This document shows, one piece after another, positions 1 through 11,470 of a stretch of 64,000 nucleotides of DNA. The notes under the pieces were generated by a model. The model had not been told where the DNA came from, made no database searches, and saw only the letters and a list, made by a program, of their open reading frames with translations. Position numbers and translations under genes: made by a program. Source of the stretch: Nymphaea colorata (Eukaryota); contig NC_045138.2 in assembly GCF_008831285.2 (NCBI RefSeq), positions 42,594,001 to 42,658,000 of the forward strand, in the 5' to 3' direction. Every line of letters begins with the position of its first letter. The first letter of the stretch is position 1.

Positions 1-1901
1 AATAGAAGAGGTTGAGGGATGGTAAAAATATACAGCAAAGGCAGAGCTACCCCAGACTTTGTGGCGTAAAAAATATTATGCCCTTTAAAAAAATATTATG
101 CTCTATAACAGCTGCCTACTGTGAAAAATTCTGTTTTCATTTTCTGCAACAAAGATGGAAGTTAAGGTCGGTACAGGAGCAGAAGTTGTGAATTTGTCAG
201 GTAACAGATTAGGTTCAGTGACAAGGCAGTTGGCCGTCGAGGCATAGGTGTTTTGAGACTGGAAGAAGCCCTTAAAAGCTTTAGTTCCTTGAGAATTAAG
301 GAGCATGAAGATGTCCATGCGAAAGCTGGTCGTCCAGAGTGGTGGCCGGCAGAGTGGGGTCATGAGCAGGAATAAGACTCAGACGTTGTTTATAGCTGTC
401 CCTAGTTCTCATCCTTTTTATTTAACACCCTTCCCTTGTAAACTGATGCTGTGAATTGTGAAAGTTGGCGACCTCCCCAGCTAGCGCATTGATGGGCGTC
501 ACGGGTGGGAGAGATGAAAGTTAAGATATCAATTTTGTACCGTGATCAGTAGTAAATGTACTGAAATTGTGTTGCTGGCATTTCCACTTCTTACTTCGCA
601 GGGCCCCTTTTTTCTGTTTTTTCATGACCCAGTTTCTCTCTTTATCCTATGTAATGCCTCATCCATGCAAATATCTTTTTTGGGTGATTGCTGTTCACGT
701 TATTGAAATTTTGGCCCACCTATATACTCTCGTTGATGCAGGTTATTACTTAAATCCATAGGACTGGATTCTAGCGTTGAAGGACTGCTTTGTCATCACA
801 CACAAAAATTCTGAAAATATATTTCTTTATCATCAAATACAGAAATATATTTTTGGAAATATATTTCTCAGTCATCACACACACATCAAAATGAGAATCG
901 GAAAGGTTTTTCTCATTCTTTTATTCCAGGAAATATATTTCTAAAAATATATTTCCAATTCTAGATTTCCCATTCTGGTTTTCTCCATATTGGTATCTGT
1001 CGGTAAGCTCCCCTTCTCCCTAATGTGTGCAATTTCGTTGAGTTCCTCTGCATGAGGTTCTTATTTGCAATTCTAAGCAGCCCTCTCTTGTATTAGTTCT
1101 TCATTTCTTGTTGGGAGGGCATCGATGGCTCTTTGGTCGCTTGGGCCTCTCTTTCCAATTGCTGGTTGTTGGTGATGTTGCCCACATCTCTTACCCTGAG
1201 GATAGCTGATGATACTCAGGATGTGAGCATCGATCTTATCAGATTTCTTCTTTCTGTGTTTGTGGCGACCATGGTTGGTAGTATTGTCATACCATTAGTC
1301 TTCCCTTCGTCCGGCATCGCCCTCATGACGTTTGGTCCTGTAGCCCTTCTATCCCTCTCCTTCGTCCTTTGTAGGACCCTTTTTTTCATCAAAGTGTCTT
1401 CACTGGTCTGTTTGTTCATCGCCTTCCGACTTTCGATTCTCATGTGCACATCCTTTGGGTGTCTGTCTACTGTTATCATTTCAGTACCCTCGACAAAGAT
1501 CCTCCTATGCTTCTTGCCCTTGCCCTTCAGCATATCGATATTCATGCCGACATCCTCTCCTCGTCTGACAGTGCTTACTAATGAAACGCAAATTTTATTG
1601 AAAAGAACATCTAGGACTGCTTAGCTTGAAAGAGTTTTTCTTAGTCTTTTTGGGCTTTTTAATGCTTTCTTTACAGACGTTTTTTGGGGTTTTTATGTTC
1701 CCCACGATGCCCGTACCAGAATGCATGTTTCTGTTTTGGCATCAACTCCCCTTCTCTCTCTCATTCTTCTGCTATTGTATTCAGGTTGTTAACTTGGTTC
1801 AACCATGGTTTAGTAATTTATGCATATTATGTCTTTCTCTCTCTCTCTCCTCCCTTTTTATGCTAACCCAAGACTGAAGGCCCCTGGCATCTTCTTTTGT
1901 A

Positions 1902-1902
<1 letters not shown>

Positions 1903-1933
<31 letters not shown>
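1903..1933. repeat. (TA)n microsatellite
   Basis: Read directly. Confidence 0.95.
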
Positions 1934-1936
<3 letters not shown>

Positions 1937-2271
1937 TAATGCCCTTAGCTGTTGGCAGAGGGTTTTGTTTCTATGCCAAGAAACCCTCAAATAACATTCA
2001 GTAGTTTCTAATTCCTCTCTTTTTCCCTCCTCTCTTTTCCCCTCCTCTCTTTCTTTCTCATTCTATGTTTATTTGTAAACATGGCAAGCCAAGGGTTTCA
2101 TCTTTACTGCAAAACCTCCACCCACGGCCGAGGGTTTTGTTTTCCTCATCCTTCTTTGTTTGTTTTTTTTAATATTGTATTGAGAAACCCACGGCACCTT
2201 TGTTCTCTCCCTCTTTCTCTCTCTCTCCCCCCTAAACTCCACAGTTTATTTTACCTAAGAAAGATTTGAGA

Positions 2272-2381
2272 TCAGCCGGGATATCAAATTCGAAGTAGTA
2301 AGGTGGTAAATCCCCAGTAGTGACAGTCAGCCGGGATATCAAATTCGAAGTAGTAAGGTGGTAAATCCCCAGTACTGACAG
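2272..2381 (+). repeat. 55-bp tandem duplication
   Basis: TCAGCCGGGATATCAAATTCGAAGTAGTAAGGTGGTAAATCCCCAGTA(G/C)TGACAG twice, with one mismatch. Confidence 0.9.
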
Positions 2382-2889
2382 CCTCTCTTTTGCTTCACAA
2401 GGCACGGTCCCTCTAACTTCAGCCGCTTGAAAAATCACGACGATCTCATAAGCTTCCACATCTTCACTTGATCCGCCCTTTCTGCCTCCCACTGATGAAA
2501 GGACTTTTAAGATCGAGAAAACGAATATTTAGATCCCCCAACAAATTTTTTTTTTATTTTTCTCACGAAAGAAACTTTTTTATTTTTTTTTATCGTAGTG
2601 GTCCTTTCTATCTAATTTTTCTATCAAGTTGACTAATTTTTCTTCCAAACGGGTCGTCTCATTTAAAAAAAAAAAATTGAAAAGAAAAAAGCAAATGTGC
2701 CCATCAGCAATTGACACATTGTTGTAACATTTGTAGAATTATTTGGTCGCACGACTCGTAAAAAAATAGAAACTAGAACACAGGCTACTGGCCCGCGCCT
2801 TTCGTGCTGCACACTTTGCAGCAACATTACCTACTTAAACTTGTCTGGCACATGTTGGAAGCATATATCTTCTTTCTTAAGGTCAATTT

Positions 2890-3153
2890 CATAGTTGGTA
2901 AGTCATGACTCCAATGACAAATGATGGGATCAAGCGACTTGACTCATTGACTCGCCAAGTATTCACATAACCATAATGTATTTTTACTGCAGTCAAATTG
3001 GGCGATTCTGAGAGAGGCAAGGCGATTCGAGTGACTCAGAAGCAAGTCGGGCTGAGCCAGGAACGAGTTAGGTTCTGCTTCACCCAAACCCTGACTTGTG
3101 GCTGGATTTGTAGGCAAGGTTCTCGAGTCAGTCTAGCGACTTTGCCGACTACG
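2890..3153. mobile_element. Probable MITE with GACTC/GAGTC subterminal repeats
   Basis: Imperfect TIR CATAGTTGGTAAGTC / GACTTTGCCGACTACG; the TSD is not clean. Confidence 0.45.
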
Positions 3154-6100
3154 GTAAGCTCTTCTAAAGCCAATGATTAAATGGATTTTTCTGATCTACA
3201 TCCATATTGACTGGAGATATTAGAGGAACAACTTATTATACATTTCTTATTATGATGATCTAGGGATCGAAATCGGGTATTGAATCACCCATTTTTGTCA
3301 AAAATTTTGAAATTTATTTCACAAGGGTGATTCTGTACTTTAATGCATGGTTTTAATAGATTTTTAAATTTAACGGTTGTTTGGGAATTTCATGTAAAAG
3401 AAGAGCGCCTCTTTGATGAGTTTAGAAAGATAGACGGCTGTTTGAAGTTGGGCCATTAGTTGGGCGTGTATTTATTTTCCTATACCATAGTCACACACCA
3501 TAATTTTATGTGCTAAGTTCTTTCCCACACTAAAACTCTTCATTTAAATGAATATGAACAAAAAAACTTAAAAAGGCGATCTGCAGAATTTATCTGACAA
3601 ACATTATGTTTTAGATTGCATTATTTTCACGTATCATAGACAGACCTAATAGCTCACAGTGCATCAAAATTTGAGAGCTAGAAAACTATCATTTTATTTA
3701 TTAAATTTATGAAGTAAAGTTTGATTTTTGACAAGTCCTCTCTCACTCTTTGAAGTCTAACTTCTTCTTAACTTCCTTTGAAGTCTCAACGGCGCTGCTA
3801 GCTGTCCATCTATCGGCTCGTGCTTTTGATTACCTTGTTAGGAGGGGAGATTAGCCAAGGAGTGAATTGACCACGACGCAATGAGCTGGAAACTAGTATC
3901 CAGAGACAATATGCTCACTAACTCTCAGATGCCACTAGATGATTGTTACTTCGGACATTTGAGACGGAGTTGAAACGAGAGACATACTTGTATAGTTGTA
4001 TTTGTTGATTGTTGTAGTATTTTCGTCGTTCAATTATCTATAGAGAATCAAAGTTATGCTATGCCACTATTTTGTATATATATATATAGGAAAATTGAAT
4101 TGTGACTCTAACTTTTTAGAATCATCTAGTCATGTAATTTGCACAGTTCGATCAACATGATGGACAATTAAGAGAAAAATAAAGAGAAAAATGTGATAGA
4201 TATTTTCGTTATTTAATATTAGATTATATTTTTTTCTCTTTGTTTTTCTCTCAACTATCCATTAACTATATATGAGAAATTGGTAATGCCGGACCACTTG
4301 AGCAAGAAACAAAAACTAGACCCATAAAAATTAAATATTGAAGTGTTTTTTTCTCAATCTAACCTTATAGATGTGAGCATAAGAGTGTTTTAATATGAAA
4401 CATACTTTAATAATCCAACAATGAACACACTCATATGACATTAAAATGTTGTTAGTAGAAAAATAATTTTTTTCACAAAAATAATCAGAATTAAAACATG
4501 ACTTATATTAAACCAGTGTTTATAAACACAATAAGATGTTCCAAATTTTGTTTAAAACATTTTTTAACACAAATTTAAGAAGTTGAGTTTTGTCTTTGAC
4601 CTAAGTGGTCTGGTATCAATTACTCTATATATTAGATCAGGGATAAAAACAAGAGCCTTTAAATTATTTCTACAAAGATCTTTTCAATAAAATAAAAACA
4701 TAGGAAAACTAATTAACTAGTAAAGAAATAATTAGTGTGTGTGTGTGTGCGCCGATCTGACAGTCTTTATTTGGAAGAAATTGAGAAATGGGTGGGGGAG
4801 GAGAACAGTCGCCTCTCCCACCACAGAAGGGAGAGGTCATCACCTCCCCTCCCATGCTGCTGCGGACGACCCAGCGAGATGTTCTTGGTGGTACAAGACC
4901 ACCGCGACACCCGGCTAACAACACCCTGCAGTTGTATCCTTACCATCGGGGAGGTGGGGAGGCACTCGGGGAGGGTCAAAACGCCGCCCCCTCAACACAA
5001 AAGTTCTTTTCAGTTTTTGTTTCACACAAAGGCTTTGACGGCCTGAATTTGTCGTGTGGGACAGCGCCTGATAAGCGTCATTCCTCACTTTTACACATGC
5101 GTGCACACACACAGACACATGTAGTTTTTGGTGGTAATCTTGTTACCCAATATCAGATACATGCGAGGTCATTAGATACTTTCATAAAACATCCTACATA
5201 GCTGAATTTTGGTTTCCTGTCCTTTCTTCCACACTGCACGGGCAGTAACTCTATGTACAGCCATATGAATTGCTTGTTACCATATTGTCTTGCACTACCT
5301 TATACTGACATCAAATCCAAAATCCACAAGATGAGGTCACACTTACTGAATTTGTACGACATTGTGTTCTAACAGATTTAATGGAACTCCATTCAGAAAA
5401 GAACAACTTTGGAGCAAGCACCTTTCCAGCATCATTTGTTGCCCAAGGTATAGTGATAATACAACAGCAAAACGGGTCACTGTTGGAGCAGATCTGCAAC
5501 AGCTACCTTCAGATTATGCCCAAAATGGAACGAAAGCAAATCATGCACATAGAAAACATGCAATGCCTTCATCACCCAAAATTATGAAGACATCGTCCGT
5601 TCTCCTTTGTTGCCAGTGCTTCACGCCAGTTGGAGAAATTGTTTCTGAAGATGACCAGGAGGTGGCTGCACGACATTCACAATGAAAAGAGAGATAAAAG
5701 AACCCGTCATCATTTCCCAATGAAAAGAGAGATAAAAGAACCTGTCATCATTTCCATGTTACAACTTTTGCTTCTTATTTTGTATATCAATCATCGCATA
5801 AACTCTATAACAATACCATACAAATGATTATCATACAAAAAAATTGAAAAAACCCATGCCTCTACAAACTCGAAGCCAAAAAGGCACTGGCTATATAAGA
5901 AAACAGAAGTCAAACACCAAATTGTTTTGAGCAGCGAAGGACCGCTATCAGTTACTACAGTACTAAATCCTGATCTAAAGAAGACAAATCCTCATTGAGT
6001 AAGCATATAAGCTATCCTGCACAGGAATCCCTTTCCAACAGACATTTCAAATTGCCCAAGATTAGTAAAATTATCAACAACAGCAACTAGAGAAAGATTA

Positions 6101-6666
6101 TAGGCATTGTTTTCTACGAGATTGATACATAATGCTAGAGAACCAATAAAAAATCAATGCAACTCAATAGAACGTGTCAAGCAAAATCGATACAGGAACT
6201 GACAAAATCATCAGGACGATAAGCATTAGGACAAGACATGGGTTCGTGCCTTTGGATTAGAAACAAGCTCAATTATCCAATCTACAGGACTGTGCTGCCA
6301 GCAGAGCAGTATTCGTACTATCGCATGGTATCAGTCATATTACACATTAAATCCTAAAAGTAATGGGAACACTTGCTCCAGTTGCTGATAAACAAGTCCT
6401 AGCTTGCAAATGCTTTGCATAAGATCCAGTCTTGAAGTACGCAAACTGAGCCCAGCAGCTAATTATCAAGAAAAAAACAAATGACAAACTGGAAGTGTGA
6501 TGAGGGTCATCTTGGACTTGCAATATTCAGCACATCTGCTGATATACACATCCCACTACAAGGCCGAAGAACTTATCAGACAATTCTGAAAGTTAGCACA
6601 AATCTTCTATTAAAGTAGAAAAAGGAAAAACCTAATTTAACTAACCAGAGTTCACATTTTGTCACA

Positions 6667-6783
6667 TCATCTCTTCAAGAAATGGTGTAACAGCATTTCA
6701 GACAAGCCCAGTGCAGGGAACTTTTCACAATTAAAAAGCTCTTGAAGCCTGTAATCACATGTTACCATTGAGTTCATTGGATC
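6667..6783 (-). CDS. SWIB-domain gene, terminal coding exon 5
   Basis: ctttcag| DPMNSMVTCDYRLQELFNCEKFPALGLSEMLLHHFLKR*. This completes SWIB-2 in phase 0 and parallels LQ-DP..CND..L..F in SWIB-1. Too short for the ORF track; translated by hand. Confidence 0.85.
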   Translation of the reverse strand, partial: DPMNSMVTCDYRLQELFNCEKFPALGLSEMLLHHFLKR

Positions 6784-7933
6784 CTGAAAGAAATAGAACC
6801 AAAAGCAGTCTTAGCAAATAAAATGGGAGCACTTCACCATACAGTAGAGAAGTATTTTTTCTAATCTATACCGTACCAAAGTTAGCAATGAATCAAATTC
6901 CATCTTTCAAAGTGGATAGTTTCAAGCAAACAAACAATGACATGCTAATTGATGATTTACAGTTAGTAATCATTACATGTTCACTAAATGAAGGCAAAAA
7001 AATAAATAAAGAAAAAAAATGATATATAATATTTAATTATGTTTTTTGAACAAACAAACACCACTTCCTCCAGAAACGATGCAGCATCACAGCACTATGA
7101 ACCTCCGAAATAAACATACTTTAGAAACCAAGTCACCAAGGACATAAAGCAAAGGTTCTGATATGGAAAACACACTTTTGTTCTAATTGGCAATCTTAAT
7201 TGGAATCGACTTGAAAAAACTGCAAGTGTGATAATTTAATTCTAAAGTAGAGAGGGTTTCATGATTCGTTATAAAATTCAACTACTGCAAATTGCAGTTT
7301 TACATTATAAATCTCATTGGTGGACCAACAGAATGTGCTAAACGAGTTTGTCTATATCAAATGGTGGTGCATCAAACAAGCAATCTTGACTTCTGATGGT
7401 TGCACCAGGCATAGTTCAGAATGAATAGGCACCTTAGTTTTCTTTTACAAAAAGAAAAGGCAAAAGAAAAGAAAAAAAAAAAGAACCATCAAATTCCACC
7501 TGGCACCCACTATAAGTTATCAGCTTGGCATGGTTGGCTCACAAGGGAAAATGATTCAGTTTCAACTAACGAAGAGTGTTCTACCTACAGACACCAATAG
7601 GTCCCAGCATCCATTGGATAACCAACTGAAACTAGATCCAAAGGTTCAGGTATGGCCATGAAAAATGCTAACAAATGCTGAACCTGAAACAATGGAAAAA
7701 AAAGTATGCAGGTAGTTTTGGAGTATTATTTGCGCACATCCAACATGACCAATAATCGACAATATGATCATGTATCTTTAGTATAATCTACCTTAAATGC
7801 CCTTTAGATTATTTGTGTCATCTTCAGGATTTACTTTAGCAGACCTCTGAATAAATTGTTTCGTTAGATACTAGAAGAACCTGATCTGACTGTTAGATCA
7901 TATGTAAGTACTTGTCAGTGTGTGTGCATGTGC

Positions 7934-8019
7934 ACACATACACACACACACACACATAGCACAATTGCTATGTATATGTGGATTGTGGATATGCTTAGTA
8001 ATTGGTATATATATGATAT

Positions 8020-8064
<45 letters not shown>
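7934..8064. repeat. Compound (CA)n/(TA)n microsatellites within a small duplication
   Basis: Read directly. Confidence 0.85.
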
Positions 8065-8065
<1 letters not shown>

Positions 8066-9169
8066 CTTGTACATAGGTTCCTTGTATGCATTTTTCCTTT
8101 TCTTGTAATTTTTTTATTTCATTTCATTTCCACATTCATCACCACCTGCATCATCAACAAGATTGACATTCATTAATGTTCTCAACCTGCATCTCTATTC
8201 CCTTAAGAAATCCTTCATTGAATAAAATGACATGCAGTTAAAAAAATATATACAGTATATAATAATTCATAATCATTAATCACTAGTCAAAATTTCAAAT
8301 AAACTTTTTTAAAATGAGAAAATTACTTACCCCAATTGAGTTATTTACCTCCACTACCAACTTAGAAAATGAAATCCACACGTAATCATTGGAGACTAAG
8401 ATTCAAGTTTGAAGACATTTTCGATCTTGATTTTTGAATACTGATTTTAGTTTTGACCTTTGAGATATTGTACTTTGCAACATTAGTTTGAAAGTTGATT
8501 CTTGTGTATCAATTTGACAAATGCAAAGTGAAAGTTAAGTATACTCAATCTCAGGTACACTTATTTATTTAGTTTAATTTTTAGAGCATATACATAATTA
8601 CCTATTTAATAGATTGATTTTAATGTTTGTTTTCAATTGTTGTTAATTTATGTATTGATATTTAATAGTTGATATTCAATTATATTGAAGTGTGCAATTA
8701 TAGAGTACCAACAACAGTTTGATCAATGTCGTAATGGCAACGTTTTTAACTTTTATCACATGACTAAATAAAACTTAGTGATTACTTCACTTTATGTTAG
8801 TTTAACTCGTTTTTGAATCATACAAGGAAAATTAGGTCATTTTACAATCTATTTGCATTTAAAAGAGAAGTTATACATTGTTATTTCTTCAAAAAGAATA
8901 GTTAACCCAATCCGAGTCACCGAGTTGACCCATCGAGTCATGGGTCAAGGACAGCCTAGTCAAGTCCCAAGTCACTGGGTTTTAAAACATTGGTTTTCAT
9001 CATACAGAGGAAGGACATATAAAACCAAAGTGCCTTGTAAACTAAAGAATTTTAACAAGAGAGGAAGTATAACCAGAGTTATACATGAAGAAAGTAATGC
9101 TTTTGAACTTGACAAGCTTGTGACTGCTCTTCAACCAAAGCTTATCGATACACTTCAAACATTACTAAA

Positions 9170-9763
9170 GAATTGTGCTACTCTAATTTCAGAAGAAACC
9201 ATTGCATTAACTTCCTCAAATAAGTACTCTGGGATGCTTGATTCGGGAGCTTCATTTTATGACTCGCTATGGTTATATAGTTACCAAATATACTAATCAA
9301 AAGTCATGCTCCTTTGCCAAAGCAGCTGATGGAATTCCTCTTAAAATTGAATTTGTAAAAAATCCTGACCAAAATTATTAATTCAAAAATCTTCAAAATA
9401 AAAAGAATCCAAGGTTTTTTTCAAACTCAATGTGAATCTCTTATTTGTTTCTCAAATATCTGACCATGAAAGTGATATTGTTTTATCAAAAGACAAATTT
9501 TGATTAAGGATATCTTTTCAACAAGGCAATTGGGAAGGTTCTAGAACCAATTATCTTTGTTATGTTGATTATTTGGATCTTTCCCAACCAACTTGCAATG
9601 TCATTAAGAAAAATGATATTCAAATTTGGCATCAAAGACTTGGATACTCAAGCTTAGGAAAACTGTCTTGTATCCACTTTTGAAAGAAAAATGTAAAGAA
9701 ACACTTTCTTGTAATTATTGTATAAAAGCCAAGATAAAGGTTTCACCTTTTGATAATAGAACT
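9170..9763 (+). mobile_element. Old Copia fragment (PR to pre-integrase) into which A inserted
   Basis: MLDSGAS near 9235, IWHQRLGY near 9625 and a decayed C..C..AK motif just before the A LTR. Confidence 0.6.
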
Positions 9764-9870
9764 TGTTAAACAATAAAGATCTTGGATCCTTCTTTGGATC
9801 CCAGCACGTTGAAGAAAAGTCTCTTAGGATTCCTCGTTCTTGCAAAGTGTGTTGAGGTATTTAATGTCTT

Positions 9871-10100
9871 TGTAATATGTGAAGGGTCTCTTAGGATTCT
9901 ACGTTGTATTTAATGTCCTTGTAATATGTGAAGAGTCTCTTAGGATTCTACGTTGTATTTAATGTCTCCTTAATATGTGAAGGGTCTCTTAGGATTCTAC
10001 GTTGTATTTAATGTCCTTGTAATATGTGAAAAGTCTCTTATGATTCTACGTTGTATTTAATGTCCTTGTAATATGTGAAGAGTCTCTTAGAATCCTACGA
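9871..10100 (+). repeat. 49-bp tandem repeat (about 5 copies) in the 5' LTR of Copia A
   Basis: Unit TGTAATATGTGAAGGGTCTCTTAGGATTCTACGTTGTATTTAATGTCCT recurs at about 9871, 9920, 9969, 10018 and 10067. Confidence 0.9.
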
Positions 10101-10449
10101 TTGAAAACTCTTAGAATTATGGAATTGGAATTATAAATAGGGACAGTGCAGACCATCTTGGCCACGGCTTCTTCTCCTCAGCTTCTTCTTGTTTCACTCT
10201 TTCTCTCTCTACCCTCTTGCGTGAATACTGATTTCTAAACTCAGATATTGGTGCTAGATTTCTATCATGGTATCAGAGCCAGGTTACGTTATCTCTACCT
10301 AACGAAATGCCCAACAGGTCTGATCTGGTTATAACTCTTTTCTCATCTTGTCTCTATTCTGAATTTATTTTTTTCTCTTGTGTAATTCTTGCCTACCGAA
10401 GGACACATCTTGTTATATAGTGTCTTCTTTCTCTTCCTTTCTTCTGTCA

Positions 10450-11470
10450 TGGAAAACCTTTCGCATTCTGGCATGTCCTTAAATTTTCTTCCTCACCTTA
10501 TTACCGAAAAACTCAATCATGAGAATTATCTGATCTGGAAAAGGCAGATCATGCCTTTTATAAGAAGTCAAGGCCTCTTTGGACATCTCGATGGTTCAAC
10601 AAAGGCTCCACCAATATCTGTTCTGCAAGAAATAAAGAATGAAGCAGGAGAGGTCATTGTTGTTCAAGAAGACACCAACCCTGAGCATGTTCTGTGGATG
10701 AGACGTGACCAAAGTCTGGTTGCATATATTTTGTCCACTCTAACTCATCAAGTGTTACTCTTAGTTTCTAATAACTGTACTGCGGAAGAATTATGGGAAA
10801 CCCTTGCTGATACTTTTTCCCAAATATCAGAAGCTCGGATTATGTACTTAAAGAAAGAATTTCAAAATTTGAGCAAAAGTTCAATATCTATCATGAATTA
10901 TTTGGGGCGTATTAAGGCTGTCGCAGACCAACTTGCTGCCTCAGGGAATAACATTTCTAATAAGGAGAAAGTGCAGCAAACCTTAAGTGGACTTGGGCAT
11001 GATTATTATGCTTTTATTATAGCTCTTGAGGTCCTCCCTATTTTGCCTTCCTTCAACGAACTACAAGGTAAACTTCTCCAACACAAAATGAATATGAAAA
11101 GAGTCATTGAAAGGACTGATCAAATGAACTACCAAAATGTGTCGGCCATGAATGTGAAATTTGGTCAGAACCATGGGAACTCTAATCATGGTGCTCGCGG
11201 CATTCTACTGAGACCAAATAATCAAGGTATGTCTCATCTAAATACTTCAAGAAGAATACCAATTTGTTTTCAATGTAACAAGAAAGGGCACATGAAGACA
11301 CAATGCTGGTTTAATCCTCAAAATAAAAACAAAGGGGTTAGACGTGATTCTAAATCCACCACTAAAGATATGCAACAGCTATTGATGACCGCATTTTCAA
11401 AGATGACTATAAAGCAAAATGAGCAGGGAGAATGGTGCTTGGATTCAGGTGCAGCTACCCATGTGACAGG
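10450..11470 (+). pseudogene. Copia A gag and start of protease, cut by element B
   Basis: KLNHENYLIWKRQ, W..RDQ....ILSTL, a CCHC knuckle and DSGA. The C-terminal tail in the ORF track is read-through into the B LTR. Confidence 0.85.

Noticed and set aside
4709..5827. ORF cluster downstream of the SWIB gene as a second gene
   Set aside because: No recognisable domain or consistent exon chain; more likely repeat-derived or 3' flank sequence.
9871..10100. Regularly spaced repeats (also 37290-37540) as a CRISPR-like array
   Set aside because: Head-to-tail tandem units with no unique spacers, inside plant transposons, and no cas-like ORFs.
10268..10279. tRNA-like sequence TGGTATCAGAGC
   Set aside because: It is a primer-binding site complementary to the 3' end of initiator tRNA-Met, not a tRNA gene.
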